Below, one piece after another: positions 37,370 through 47,232 of a stretch of 64,000 nt of DNA; position 1 is the stretch's first letter, and every line of letters begins with the position of its first letter. The stretch comes from Chitinophagales bacterium. GTDB taxonomy: Bacteria > Bacteroidota > Bacteroidia > Chitinophagales > CAVYQA01. The notes under the pieces were generated by a model. The model did no database searches. It saw nothing but the letters and a program-made list of their open reading frames with translations, and was not told the DNA's origin. Location: positions 70,479 to 134,478 of the forward strand of contig CAVYQA010000005.1 in NCBI GenBank assembly GCA_963770495.1. The letters are read 5' to 3'. Both the position numbers and the translations under genes were made by a program.

Positions 37370-37426
37370 TTCTAAATTCAAAAACCTTATAATCTTTCAA
37401 CTTTCCAACCTTATAATTTTAAAACC
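37370..37426 (+). repeat. About 55-nt dispersed intergenic repeat (copy 1)
   Basis: TTCTAAATTCAAAAACCTT...TCAACTTTCCAACCTT...AAAACC aligns with 39054-39102 at about 80% identity with short gaps. Confidence 0.6.
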
Positions 37427-37478
37427 TAAATCACATTAGCAAATCAGCATATTAATATATATCTTTGTTGCCTAAGAT

Positions 37479-38030
37479 ATGCAACCGCGCATTATTTTAG
37501 ATTCCGCCAAGTTCTCCCTCACGATAGATCGTCTTTGTCATCAATTAATTGAAAACCATTCCGATTTTACTAAAACCGCTTTAGTAGGCGTTCAGCCCCG
37601 CGGCGTGTTTTTAGCTGATAGAATTGTAAAACGGCTGACGAAAATAACCGGCAAAAAAATACTTTACGGTAAGTTAGATGTAACCTTTTACCGAGATGAT
37701 TTCCGCCGTTCGGATAAGCTGCACACCCCGCAGGATATGGATATGCCCTTTGTAGTAGAAGGCAAGAATATAGTATTGATTGATGATGTGCTTTATACCG
37801 GGCGCACTATACGCGCTGCATTAGATGCTCTGCTCGATTTTGGTCGTCCTAACGATGTGGAATTGCTTGTGCTGGTTGACAGAAGATTTACACGGGAATT
37901 GCCTATACAACCCGATTACGTAGGAAAAACTATTGACTCACTGGTTTCGGAAACTGTAAAAGTCGACTGGAAAGAAATAGACGGAGAAGACAGAATATGG
38001 ATGGAAACACCAAATGAAAAGAAAGTATGA
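37479..38030 (+). CDS. pyrR: Bifunctional pyr operon regulator / uracil phosphoribosyltransferase
   Basis: VLIDDVLYTGRTIRAAL PRPP motif. It is 183 aa and overlaps the pyrB start by 4 nt. Confidence 0.9.
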   Translation: MQPRIILDSAKFSLTIDRLCHQLIENHSDFTKTALVGVQPRGVFLADRIVKRLTKITGKKILYGKLDVTFYRDDFRRSDKLHTPQDMDMPFVVEGKNIVLIDDVLYTGRTIRAALDALLDFGRPNDVELLVLVDRRFTRELPIQPDYVGKTIDSLVSETVKVDWKEIDGEDRIWMETPNEKKV

Positions 38031-38953
38031 GCGGATTAAGCACCAAACATTTGCTGGGAATGAAATATCTCGCTGCCGCAGATATTGACTTGATTTTTAA
38101 AACAGCAGATAATTTTAAAGAAGTACTCCGCCGCCCTATTAAACGCGTTCCAACACTTAGAGATATTACCATTGTAAACCTGTTCTTCGAAAACTCTACC
38201 CGCACCCGCATATCATTTGAGTTAGCTGAAAAGCGTTTATCTGCCGACATCGTAAACTTTGCCTCTTCGGCTTCATCTGTCAGCAAGGGCGAAACATTGA
38301 TTGACACGGTTAACAATATACTTGCCATGAAGGTGGATATGGTGGTAATACGCCATCCTGCCCCCGGCGCACCGCATTTTCTGTCACAAAATATCAATTC
38401 TGTAATCATTAATGCCGGAGATGGCACACATGAACATCCTACACAGGCGTTGCTTGATGCGTTTTCTATCCGTGAGGCAATAGGGGAGATAAAGGGCAAG
38501 AAAATAGCTATAATCGGCGACATAATGCATTCGCGTGTGGCTTTATCAAATATCTTTTGCCTTAAAAAACTCGGCGCCGATGTAACCCTTTGCGGACCGC
38601 CAACTCTTATGCCTAAGGGTATTGAATCGCTTGGAGTGAAGGTAGAATACAATCTTAAAAAAGCTCTCGACTGGTGCGATGTGGCAAATGTGTTGCGTAT
38701 TCAACTCGAGCGGCAGAATATAAAATATTTCCCTTCCCTGCGCGAATACGCGCTTTACTATGGTGTAACTAAAACGATACTCGATTCACTAGATAAGAAG
38801 ATTATCCTTATGCACCCCGGTCCCATAAACCGCGGCGTGGAATTAAGCAGTGATGCTGCCGACTCTAAACAATCCATCATTCTTCAGCAGGTGGAAAACG
38901 GCATGGCGGTTAGAATGGCTGTGCTGTATTTGCTGAGTGGAAAACAAGAATAG
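38027..38953 (+). CDS. pyrB: Aspartate carbamoyltransferase catalytic subunit
   Basis: FFENSTRTRISFE, HPTQALLD, and HPGPINRG. Confidence 0.95.
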   Translation: MSGLSTKHLLGMKYLAAADIDLIFKTADNFKEVLRRPIKRVPTLRDITIVNLFFENSTRTRISFELAEKRLSADIVNFASSASSVSKGETLIDTVNNILAMKVDMVVIRHPAPGAPHFLSQNINSVIINAGDGTHEHPTQALLDAFSIREAIGEIKGKKIAIIGDIMHSRVALSNIFCLKKLGADVTLCGPPTLMPKGIESLGVKVEYNLKKALDWCDVANVLRIQLERQNIKYFPSLREYALYYGVTKTILDSLDKKIILMHPGPINRGVELSSDAADSKQSIILQQVENGMAVRMAVLYLLSGKQE

Positions 38954-38965
38954 TTCCTTTTTAAT

Positions 38966-39102
38966 ATAGAATATAGAATACTAAATTATGAATTTTGAAG
39001 GTGGTAATAAAATCTAATATTAAACTTCGGTATTCAATATTGGATGTTCATTATTCTAAATTCAGAAACCTTTTAACCTTCCAACTTTCAAACCTTTAAA
39101 CC
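38966..39102. repeat. Composite AT-rich intergenic repeat between convergent pyrB and yraN
   Basis: 38976-39000 matches 5621-5652. 39022-39056 is an inverted copy of the same block. 39054-39102 is copy 2 of the 55-nt repeat. Confidence 0.6.
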
Positions 39103-39106
39103 TCTT

Positions 39107-39472
39107 TTACAAGTCATACGGGAAAAACGCATCTTCAAAATGCACAACCTCATTGTCAGGTTCTTTTAAGATAATGCTAATCACATCAAAGCGTATTTCG
39201 CCTTCTAAGTTATTTTGTTCAAGATAATCGCCGGCTGCCTTTGCCAGCATCTTTTGTTTATGGGCATCTACAGACGCTTCGGGTTGACCAAAGAAGTTAC
39301 TGCGCCGGGTTTTAACTTCTACAAAAATTATGGTGTTATTGTTTTGGGCTATCAGGTCAACCTCTGCCTTGCCGCTGCGCCAGTTCTTTTCCAGTATTTT
39401 ATAGCCCTGTTTAACAAGAAAATCATGGGCTAAGCGTTCTCCTTCAAAGCCCATTTCAATATTTTTTGACAT
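39107..39472 (-). CDS. YraN-family (UPF0102) endonuclease-like protein
   Basis: GERLAHDFLVKQGYKILEKNWRSGKAEVDLIA...IIFVEVKTR. Confidence 0.85.
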   Translation of the reverse strand: MSKNIEMGFEGERLAHDFLVKQGYKILEKNWRSGKAEVDLIAQNNNTIIFVEVKTRRSNFFGQPEASVDAHKQKMLAKAAGDYLEQNNLEGEIRFDVISIILKEPDNEVVHFEDAFFPYDL

Positions 39473-39573
39473 AAAATTTGGATATAGGGTACTTTCTTTA
39501 TTAATTTACCGACATAAAAGTATCTATCTTCCCCAAAAAACTCATATAATTTAATTATATAAAACTTACTACT

Positions 39574-40554
39574 ATGATGGATAAACTAATCGGTAGCTTC
39601 ACCGAACAAATAAAAGAAGCCATGGAAATTGGTTCCAATGCAATATTAATTCAGCCTACAAAGGCAGTACGAAATGTGGTTGTTTGCGGACTGGGTGGTT
39701 CGGGTATTGGCGGCGACCTGGTTACAAATTTAGTGCACGATAAGATGCTCGAACCGATGGCTACATGTAAAGAGTATGTTTTGCCCGAATACGTAGATAA
39801 ACATACCCTGCTAATTATTGTATCTTATTCCGGCAATACTGAAGAAACGTTGCACATGTTAAAGGAAGGCATTGACCGCAACGCTAAGATTGTTTGTATT
39901 GCATCGGGCGGCTCATTGATAAAGCTGGCTCAAAAAGCGGGGTTAGATTATATTACCATTCCCGCAGGATTGCCGCCACGGGCATGTTTGGCTTATTCCT
40001 TTATTCAGCAGTTATATATTCTAAATCGCTACAGTCTTATTGACGATGGGTTTAGGGTTGGGCTTGAGGAAGTTGTTGAGTTGATAGATGATAATGAGAA
40101 AAAAATCAGAAAAGAGGCTAAACAGATAGCAAAAAAACTTAAAGGTAAAACACCGGTTATTTACGCTGCTCCCAATATGGCAGCCGTTGCATTACGCTTC
40201 AGGCAACAGTTGAATGAAAATGCCAAGGTGCTGGCATGGCACGCCGTTATTCCTGAAATGAACCATAACGAACTGGTGGGCTGGACGGCAAAGGGTAAAT
40301 ATGCCGTGGTGATGTTGCGAAATGAATCGGATTACGAGAGGATACAGCATCGTATGGAAATCAATAAAACCATTATTGAGCCATTTGCCAAAACAATTAT
40401 TGAACTCAATTGCAAAGGAGACAGTTTAATAGCCCAGGAACTGTATATGATTCACCTTCTGGATTGGGTATCGTATTATCTTGCTGAATATCGCGGCGTT
40501 GACGCGATGGAAGTGAAAGTGATTGATTTTCTTAAAAGCGAATTGGCTAATTAA
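39574..40554 (+). CDS. Bifunctional phosphoglucose/phosphomannose isomerase (SIS domains)
   Basis: VVVCGLGGSGIGG and SYSGNTEET SIS motifs. It is 326 aa. Confidence 0.75.
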   Translation: MMDKLIGSFTEQIKEAMEIGSNAILIQPTKAVRNVVVCGLGGSGIGGDLVTNLVHDKMLEPMATCKEYVLPEYVDKHTLLIIVSYSGNTEETLHMLKEGIDRNAKIVCIASGGSLIKLAQKAGLDYITIPAGLPPRACLAYSFIQQLYILNRYSLIDDGFRVGLEEVVELIDDNEKKIRKEAKQIAKKLKGKTPVIYAAPNMAAVALRFRQQLNENAKVLAWHAVIPEMNHNELVGWTAKGKYAVVMLRNESDYERIQHRMEINKTIIEPFAKTIIELNCKGDSLIAQELYMIHLLDWVSYYLAEYRGVDAMEVKVIDFLKSELAN

Positions 40555-40556
40555 TA

Positions 40557-41297
40557 ATGAAAGTTGATAAAGATTTGCCTGTTGTTGAGTTTCGTGATTT
40601 GGGCACTGTAGATTACCGCACAGCATGGGATTTGCAGCAAAAATTATTTGATGCTGTTGTCATGCGCAAATTGCGTTATCGCTCAAACCCGGCATTGAAA
40701 AGCGATCAAATTAATTATCTGTTGTTTTGTGAGCACCCTCATGTTTATACGTTAGGCAAAAGTGGTCAAATATCTAACCTGCGCGCTAACCAGGATTTGT
40801 TAAATGAAAAACATATCTCATTTTTTAAAACAAACCGTGGCGGCGATATAACTTATCACGGACCGGGTCAGATTGTGGGTTATCCCTTACTTGACCTTGA
40901 TTTGTTTTTTACCGATATAGGGAAATATCTTAGATACATTGAAGAAACAATAATTCTTACCCTTGCTGAATACGGTGTTGAAGCCGGCAGAAGCAAAGGG
41001 CAAACCGGTGTGTGGTTAGACCCACAATCCCCTTCAAAAGCCCGTAAAATTTGCGCCATAGGTGTCCGTTGCAGCCGGTGGGTAACCATGCATGGTTTCG
41101 CTTTTAATGTTAATACCGATTTGAGTTATTTTAACCATATTATTCCCTGTGGTATTACAGATAAATCGGTAACATCATTACAACGCGAACTGGGCAGGGA
41201 ATTGGATTTACAGGAGGTGAAAGAGAAACTTATTAAACACTTTTCAGATTTGTTTCAAGCCACGATAAAGGAAAAAATGATTCCTCAGACTAATTAA
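40557..41297 (+). CDS. lipB: Lipoyl(octanoyl) transferase
   Basis: RGGDITYHGPGQIVGYP and KICAIGVRCSRWVTMHGFAFNV. Confidence 0.92.
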   Translation: MKVDKDLPVVEFRDLGTVDYRTAWDLQQKLFDAVVMRKLRYRSNPALKSDQINYLLFCEHPHVYTLGKSGQISNLRANQDLLNEKHISFFKTNRGGDITYHGPGQIVGYPLLDLDLFFTDIGKYLRYIEETIILTLAEYGVEAGRSKGQTGVWLDPQSPSKARKICAIGVRCSRWVTMHGFAFNVNTDLSYFNHIIPCGITDKSVTSLQRELGRELDLQEVKEKLIKHFSDLFQATIKEKMIPQTN

Positions 41298-41320
41298 CCA
41301 CGAATTCATAATTTCTTTTT

Positions 41321-42451
41321 ATGAAAAAAACCTTCCTCATCACCATCACTGTGTTAGTTGTAATTTTTATTCTCACAACACTGCTGGGTAAGAACTATAT
41401 CTATAAGGCACTGTACTATAATTTTGTTGAAATTGATCAATACACCATCTTCCATAACCGCACAGTAAATATCGGTACACCGCAACCGTGGGTGATTTCC
41501 AAAGATTACAATAAAATAAAATTATCCGATTCGCTTAATAATGAATTGACCGATTTAAAATCAATCGCCTTTTTAGTAGTAAAAAATGATTCTTTAAATT
41601 TTGAAGAATATTGGGATAGTTATTCAGATACATCGCATTCAGGCTCATTTTCAATGGCAAAATCTATTGTAAGCATACTTGTTGGTGTTGCTCACGATGA
41701 AGGTAAAATTAAAAGCCTTGATGACCCAATTGAAGAATACGATAATGATTTTGCCGGTAGGGATATAGGAAAAATCACATTCCGCCAGTTGCTGATGATG
41801 AGCGGCGGCACCAATTGGGATGAAAGCTATATCTCGCCATTCTCAGTAACTGCGGAAGCTTATTACGGCGATGATTTGAAAAAGTTAATGTTAGGAATGA
41901 AATTAGTAAGAACTCCCGGCACCACATTTAGTTATAAGAGCGGTGAAGCGCAGTTATTAGCTATGGTATTGGAAAAAGCGGTGGGGGAGAATCTTAGCAA
42001 TTATGCTTCAGAAAAACTATGGCAGCCTATTGGGGCAGTACATCCTGCACTATGGAGTCTCGACCATAAAGGCGGACAGGAAAAGGCCTATTGCTGTTTC
42101 AACTCCAATGCCCGCGATTTTGCACGTCTGGGTGAGTTGTATCTACATGACGGAAACTGGAATGGAAAACAAATTGTGGATTCGGCTTATGCCCAACAAT
42201 CTGTTCTACCAAATAAGTTATTGGATGAAGATGGAAATACGGTTGACTACTATGGCTACCTATGGTGGCTACTTCCTTATAATGGACATCGAATTTTTTA
42301 TGCTCAAGGTTTGTTAGGGCAATACATTATTGTTATTCCCGATAAAAACTTAATCATCGTTCGTCTTGGAAGTAAGAGGGGAAACTCTGAAGGAGACCAC
42401 TCTTACAAAATTGTGTACGACATGGTTGATTGGGCTTTAAAAATATATTGA
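41321..42451 (+). CDS. Serine hydrolase (beta-lactamase/PBP4* family)
   Basis: N-terminal TM anchor, SxxK at SFSMAKS, then YKSGEAQLL and YLWW motifs. Confidence 0.75.
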   Translation: MKKTFLITITVLVVIFILTTLLGKNYIYKALYYNFVEIDQYTIFHNRTVNIGTPQPWVISKDYNKIKLSDSLNNELTDLKSIAFLVVKNDSLNFEEYWDSYSDTSHSGSFSMAKSIVSILVGVAHDEGKIKSLDDPIEEYDNDFAGRDIGKITFRQLLMMSGGTNWDESYISPFSVTAEAYYGDDLKKLMLGMKLVRTPGTTFSYKSGEAQLLAMVLEKAVGENLSNYASEKLWQPIGAVHPALWSLDHKGGQEKAYCCFNSNARDFARLGELYLHDGNWNGKQIVDSAYAQQSVLPNKLLDEDGNTVDYYGYLWWLLPYNGHRIFYAQGLLGQYIIVIPDKNLIIVRLGSKRGNSEGDHSYKIVYDMVDWALKIY

Positions 42452-42459
42452 TTATAAAA

Positions 42460-42870
42460 ATGAAAAAAGATATTCCGTTTGAAAAAGTAAAAGATGTGGC
42501 AATTGCAGTTGTAAAAGAAAATAACAAAAATGCAGTTGACACAGAGTGGTCGGTGTATTTATTGAATCTAAAAGATGTGCCATTGGAAGGTGTTATAGTT
42601 GCCTCTAAAGGATATGGAGAACTCGAAAACGGTAAAAAGGTGAAGACATCGCAATTGCGCCAATTGTTTGATAAGGTCGAGAAAAAAGACTTTGTAAAAG
42701 TTGAATATATAGATAAATCTCTCTTCAAGTTAAACAACGAGTTTTGGGTTAGCTTTTGGATAGGTAAAGATATTTATGATAAGAAATATGTTTTTGTTAC
42801 CGAAAGTATATCGGAAAAAAATTTCACGGAAATTCCAATTATAAACAAGCGCGGCGTAATGATTAAGTAA
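42460..42870 (+). CDS. Hypothetical protein
   Basis: The ORF is 42430-42870, with the start set at ATG 42460. I recognise no motif. Confidence 0.45.
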   Translation: MKKDIPFEKVKDVAIAVVKENNKNAVDTEWSVYLLNLKDVPLEGVIVASKGYGELENGKKVKTSQLRQLFDKVEKKDFVKVEYIDKSLFKLNNEFWVSFWIGKDIYDKKYVFVTESISEKNFTEIPIINKRGVMIK

Positions 42871-42882
42871 CTTGCGCGCACT

Positions 42883-43917
42883 ATGCCCGAAGTAAAAGAG
42901 ATAAAAGAAGAGGATGAGCTTTTCGAACATCACCATTTTGTAGTAGATGCCGGGCAGGAGCCGTTGCGCATTGATAAATTCCTTACCGCTAAAATAGCCA
43001 ACATTTCGCGCAGCAAAATTCAAAATGCCATGGAGGCAGGATTTATTATTGTAAACGGAACGGCTGTAAAATCGAACTACAAAATAAAACCCCGCGATGA
43101 TATTAAGATTCTCATGCCTTATGCTCACGAGGAAAAAGATATTTTACCTGAGAAGATTTATTTAGAAATTATTTACGAAGACGATGATTTGCTTGTAGTG
43201 AATAAGACCGCCGGCATGGTTGTACATCCTGCCGTTGGCAACTACACGGGAACATTGGTAAACGCATTGCTTTATCATTTTAAAAACCTCCCTAAACAAA
43301 AGGGAAATGAAATACGCCCCGGTCTTGTGCATCGTATTGACAAAAACACCAGTGGGTTGCTTGTTGTGGCAAAAACTGAGGTTGCGCTTAACAGTCTTTC
43401 CATGCAGTTCTTCAACCATACGATAGAGCGCGTTTACTATGCTTTGGTATGGGGCGATTTTAAAGAAGATGAAGGAACCATTGAAGGTCACATTGCCCGC
43501 CACCAAAAGAACAGGCTGGTTATGGATGTTTATCCCGAAGGTGAAAAAGGCAAAGCCGCTATCACCCATTATAATGTAGTTGAGCGCATGACCTATGTTA
43601 CCCTTGTTGAATGTACACTTGAAACGGGGCGTACCCACCAGATACGCGCCCATATGCAGCACATAGGTCATCCGTTGTTTAATGATACCACTTACGGTGG
43701 CGATAAAATCGTAAAAGGCACGGTATACACGCGTTACAAGCAGTTTGTTGAGAATTGTTTTGCTTTGATGCCGCGACAGGCGCTTCATGCCAAATCGCTT
43801 GGATTTATCCATCCTGTTACTAAAAAGAAAATGTATTTCGATTCTCGATTACCTGAGGACTTTTCTAATGTGCTTAATAACTGGCGCAAGTTTACTAAGG
43901 CTTTGAAAAAAGCCTGA
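42883..43917 (+). CDS. rluD: RluA-family 23S rRNA pseudouridine synthase (RluD-like)
   Basis: S4 domain at the N-terminus, HRIDKNTSGLLVVAK with the catalytic Asp, and GRTHQIRAH. Confidence 0.88.
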   Translation: MPEVKEIKEEDELFEHHHFVVDAGQEPLRIDKFLTAKIANISRSKIQNAMEAGFIIVNGTAVKSNYKIKPRDDIKILMPYAHEEKDILPEKIYLEIIYEDDDLLVVNKTAGMVVHPAVGNYTGTLVNALLYHFKNLPKQKGNEIRPGLVHRIDKNTSGLLVVAKTEVALNSLSMQFFNHTIERVYYALVWGDFKEDEGTIEGHIARHQKNRLVMDVYPEGEKGKAAITHYNVVERMTYVTLVECTLETGRTHQIRAHMQHIGHPLFNDTTYGGDKIVKGTVYTRYKQFVENCFALMPRQALHAKSLGFIHPVTKKKMYFDSRLPEDFSNVLNNWRKFTKALKKA

Positions 43918-43946
43918 TTGATACTTACCTTTGCAGAAAAGTAAGA

Positions 43947-45128
43947 ATGACAACTGCGGAAAATATATCAGGTCTTTTAAAAAAGAGTAAGTATAAACCC
44001 ACTCTGCAAACCATTGCTGATAAAGTGTTGAGTGATGAACGTATAAGTGTGGAAGAGGCTGTGTTGCTGTATGAACAAGGCGACCTTTCGTTTCTTGGTA
44101 TTCTTGCAAATTATGTGCGTGAAAAGCTGCATGGCGATAAGACCTATTTCAACCGCAACTTTCATATAGAGCCGACAAATAAATGCGTGTTCACCTGCAA
44201 GTTTTGCTCTTACTCGCGATTGGTGCAGCAGGAAGAAGATGCCTGGGAATATAGTGCAGAGCAAATGCTTGATATTGTTCGCAAGTATGATGGGCAACCG
44301 GTTACAGAAGTGCATATTGTAGGTGGTGTTCATCCGAAACTTAATCTGGCTTTTTTCTGTGATGTTATTCGTGGTATAAAAAAGATACGTCCCGATATTC
44401 ATGTTAAAGCATTTACTGCTGTTGAGTTGGAATATATGTTCCGCAAATCGAAACTATCATTTAAAGAGGGTTTGCAGCAGTTGAAGGAAGCAGGGCTCGA
44501 TTCTATGCCGGGAGGTGGAGCAGAGATTTTTCATGATGAAGTTCGCTCTGTTATCTGCAACGACAAAGCCACAACGGAAGAGTGGCTCGGCATTCATGAA
44601 ACAGCCCACCGGATGGGCATTCCGAGTAATGTTACAATGTTGTATGGACATATTGAAAACTATTTTCATCGTGCCGATCATATGAACCGTGTGCGTGAAT
44701 CGCAGGACAGAGTGGGAGGATTTAATTGTTTTATTCCGCTTAAGTTTCGCAATAAGGATAATGAAATGTCAAACGTGCCTGAGGTTTCCGTTATTGAAGA
44801 TTTAAAGAACTATGCCGTAGCGCGCATCTTCATGGATAACGTTCGGCACCTGAAGGCGTATTGGCCGATGATTGGCAGAAGCACGGCGCAGCTTTCACTC
44901 TCATTTGGTGTGGATGACCTTGACGGCACTATTGACGACAGTACTAAAATATATTCTATGGCGGGCGCTGAAGAGCAAAATCCGTCTTTGTCCACCCAAC
45001 AGATTGTTGAGCTTATCAAACAAGCGGAGCGTCATCCCATAGAAAGAGATTCGTTGTATCATCCGCTGGAGGATTATTTGGATACAGTTTTTGAGACGGA
45101 AGAAAAGGCAGCGCAGCTTTATCAGTAG
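43947..45128 (+). CDS. Radical SAM enzyme of the CofH/MqnC/MqnE family (futalosine-route menaquinone synthesis)
   Basis: CxxxCxxC at NKCVFTCKFCSY, GGGAEIF, MLYGHIE, and DDLDGTI. I cannot separate MqnE from MqnC by eye. Confidence 0.75.
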   Translation: MTTAENISGLLKKSKYKPTLQTIADKVLSDERISVEEAVLLYEQGDLSFLGILANYVREKLHGDKTYFNRNFHIEPTNKCVFTCKFCSYSRLVQQEEDAWEYSAEQMLDIVRKYDGQPVTEVHIVGGVHPKLNLAFFCDVIRGIKKIRPDIHVKAFTAVELEYMFRKSKLSFKEGLQQLKEAGLDSMPGGGAEIFHDEVRSVICNDKATTEEWLGIHETAHRMGIPSNVTMLYGHIENYFHRADHMNRVRESQDRVGGFNCFIPLKFRNKDNEMSNVPEVSVIEDLKNYAVARIFMDNVRHLKAYWPMIGRSTAQLSLSFGVDDLDGTIDDSTKIYSMAGAEEQNPSLSTQQIVELIKQAERHPIERDSLYHPLEDYLDTVFETEEKAAQLYQ

Positions 45129-45137
45129 TCTTTGAGT

Positions 45138-45163
45138 TTCGAATTCTGAATATTCTAAATTCA
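45138..45163. repeat. AT-rich repeat (family A) copy between a convergent gene pair
   Basis: TTCGAATTCTGAATATTCTAAATTCA shares the TTCTAAATTCA and GAATATTC blocks with the other family A copies. Confidence 0.45.
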
Positions 45164-45196
45164 ATTTTTCATGTCTCGTGTCTCATGTTCCCCATC

Positions 45197-47110
45197 TCAA
45201 TGTGTAATCACCGTTCCTGTATCCTTTCCCAACGCCACATCCCATGATTTATAAAGAATGTATTTTTTATGCAGCTCCGCCACCTTTTCAGGATCATTTT
45301 CAAGTTTTAATTGTGATTCCGTTTCCTTTTTTAGCTTCTCCACTTTTTTATGTTTTAACCGGTTAAGAGAACTCACGATGTCCTGCAAATAATTCGAGTC
45401 GGGTTTTTTTACATAAACGTTGTGCATATTTTCCCAATTGGGACTGAGCTCGTATTGCTCAAACAACAGTTCCTGCGCTAATTTGGCAATATCAGGGTTG
45501 GGGTGGTTCAAATAGAACTTTGAATCCTTCGATTCATTATTGGCAAGATGGTTTTTATTTTCATTCAACACCTGCTGGTAGAGTATATTATCAAATTCGA
45601 TGTCATCGAGTTCCTTTGACAAATAGGAGGCGATAGTGGTATCGCTGATTTCTTTATCGCCATAATTTATTAAAACCCTTATTATATCACGTTCCTGTAA
45701 CTCATCATTGGGAACTTTAGGAATGTTTTTAGTTTGGTCGTGAGAGGAGGTTACCTCCGGATCAAAGTGTCTTGCTTCCTGTTCAGACATATTGGTCTCA
45801 CTTTGCATCTTTTTCCTGCGGAGTGCATTCACCGTACTTATCAAAAGCTGTTCTTCTATTTGCATTAACTGGCTGCATTCGTGGACAAAAAGCGAACGCT
45901 TGATGGGGTCAGGAATTTTGGCAACCGTTTCTGCTATATCATGTATTACTTCCGCTTTTTTAACCGGGTCGTTGGTGGCATTTTTCAGCAATATATCGGC
46001 TTTAAAAAGAATAACGTTTTTGGCATTCGCAGTTATAAATTCCCTAAACTCGTCAGCCGTGTGTTTTTGCAGGTAAGAGTCAGGATCGTTACCTTCCGGT
46101 AACACGGCAATCTTAACATTCAAATCTTCTTCTAAAATCAATTCAACGCCACGTAAAGCCGCTTTAATACCTGCCGTATCTCCATCGTAAAGCAGGGTAA
46201 TATTTTTTGTATAACGCTTTAACAGCCGCACCTGGTCGTGAGTTAGCGAGGTGCCTGAAGATGCCACCGTATTTTCCAATCCCGCCTGGTGCATGGTTAT
46301 AACATCCAAATATCCCTCCGTAAGAAAACACTCATCCTGTTTGCGTATTTCATTTTTTGCAAAAAACAAACCATAAAGCGTGTGGCTCTTTTTGTAGATA
46401 TCCGTTTCTGGAGAGTTAATATATTTTGGTCCCTTATCGTCTTTTCTAAGACTCCTTCCCGCAAATGCTACCACTTTACCAGACAGGTTATGTATAGTGA
46501 ACATCACCCGCCCCCGTATGAAATCTATATCATGGCTTTCGTGTTGTGTAACCAATCCCGCTTTTCTTAATTGTTCCGGCTTAAAACCCTTTTGCACGGC
46601 GGCTTTCAAAAGGTCGGTACTATCGTTAATGCTGTAACCAAGGCGAAATTTGTGAATGGTATTTTCACGCAAACCGCGCTCTTTGAAATAACTAAGCCCG
46701 ATGGTTTTTCCTTCTTCTGTTTCAAAAAGATTATGAATGAAATGCTCCTCCGCAAAGGTGTTAATGATGTAAAGAGAATCGCGCTCCAGTTCAACTGCCT
46801 TTTCCTCTTCAATGTTACCCGTTGTTTCAATGGGGATATGATATTTCTTTGCCAAAAACTCCAAGGCTTCAGGATAAGTGAAATGCTCATGCTCCATCAC
46901 AAAGTTTATCGAATTGCCCGCCTTGCCGCAACCGAAACATTTATAAATACCTTTTGACGGCGACACATAAAACGACGGTGTTTTTTCATTGTGAAAAGGG
47001 CACAACCCGACAAGATTAGCACCGCGTTTCTTCAGGGTAACAAAATCACTTACCACTTCCTCAATTTGAGCAGTGTCAATAATGCGGGCTATGGTTTGTT
47101 TGGATATCAA
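45197..47110 (-). CDS. dnaG: DNA primase
   Basis: Zinc ribbon CPFHNEKTPSFYVSPSKGIYKCFGCGKAG, and the TOPRIM motifs EGYLDV and YDGDTAG. Confidence 0.93.
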   Translation of the reverse strand: MISKQTIARIIDTAQIEEVVSDFVTLKKRGANLVGLCPFHNEKTPSFYVSPSKGIYKCFGCGKAGNSINFVMEHEHFTYPEALEFLAKKYHIPIETTGNIEEEKAVELERDSLYIINTFAEEHFIHNLFETEEGKTIGLSYFKERGLRENTIHKFRLGYSINDSTDLLKAAVQKGFKPEQLRKAGLVTQHESHDIDFIRGRVMFTIHNLSGKVVAFAGRSLRKDDKGPKYINSPETDIYKKSHTLYGLFFAKNEIRKQDECFLTEGYLDVITMHQAGLENTVASSGTSLTHDQVRLLKRYTKNITLLYDGDTAGIKAALRGVELILEEDLNVKIAVLPEGNDPDSYLQKHTADEFREFITANAKNVILFKADILLKNATNDPVKKAEVIHDIAETVAKIPDPIKRSLFVHECSQLMQIEEQLLISTVNALRRKKMQSETNMSEQEARHFDPEVTSSHDQTKNIPKVPNDELQERDIIRVLINYGDKEISDTTIASYLSKELDDIEFDNILYQQVLNENKNHLANNESKDSKFYLNHPNPDIAKLAQELLFEQYELSPNWENMHNVYVKKPDSNYLQDIVSSLNRLKHKKVEKLKKETESQLKLENDPEKVAELHKKYILYKSWDVALGKDTGTVITH

Positions 47111-47232
47111 TTTTTAGATTTAGGGATATTAAATTTAGAAAAGCAATATTGAACAAAATTAAAAATTTTGCGCAAGTTGAGGAAAGAAACTTGCGCACAT
47201 TTTCATTCTACACTTTATGCTTAATTTTGCCC

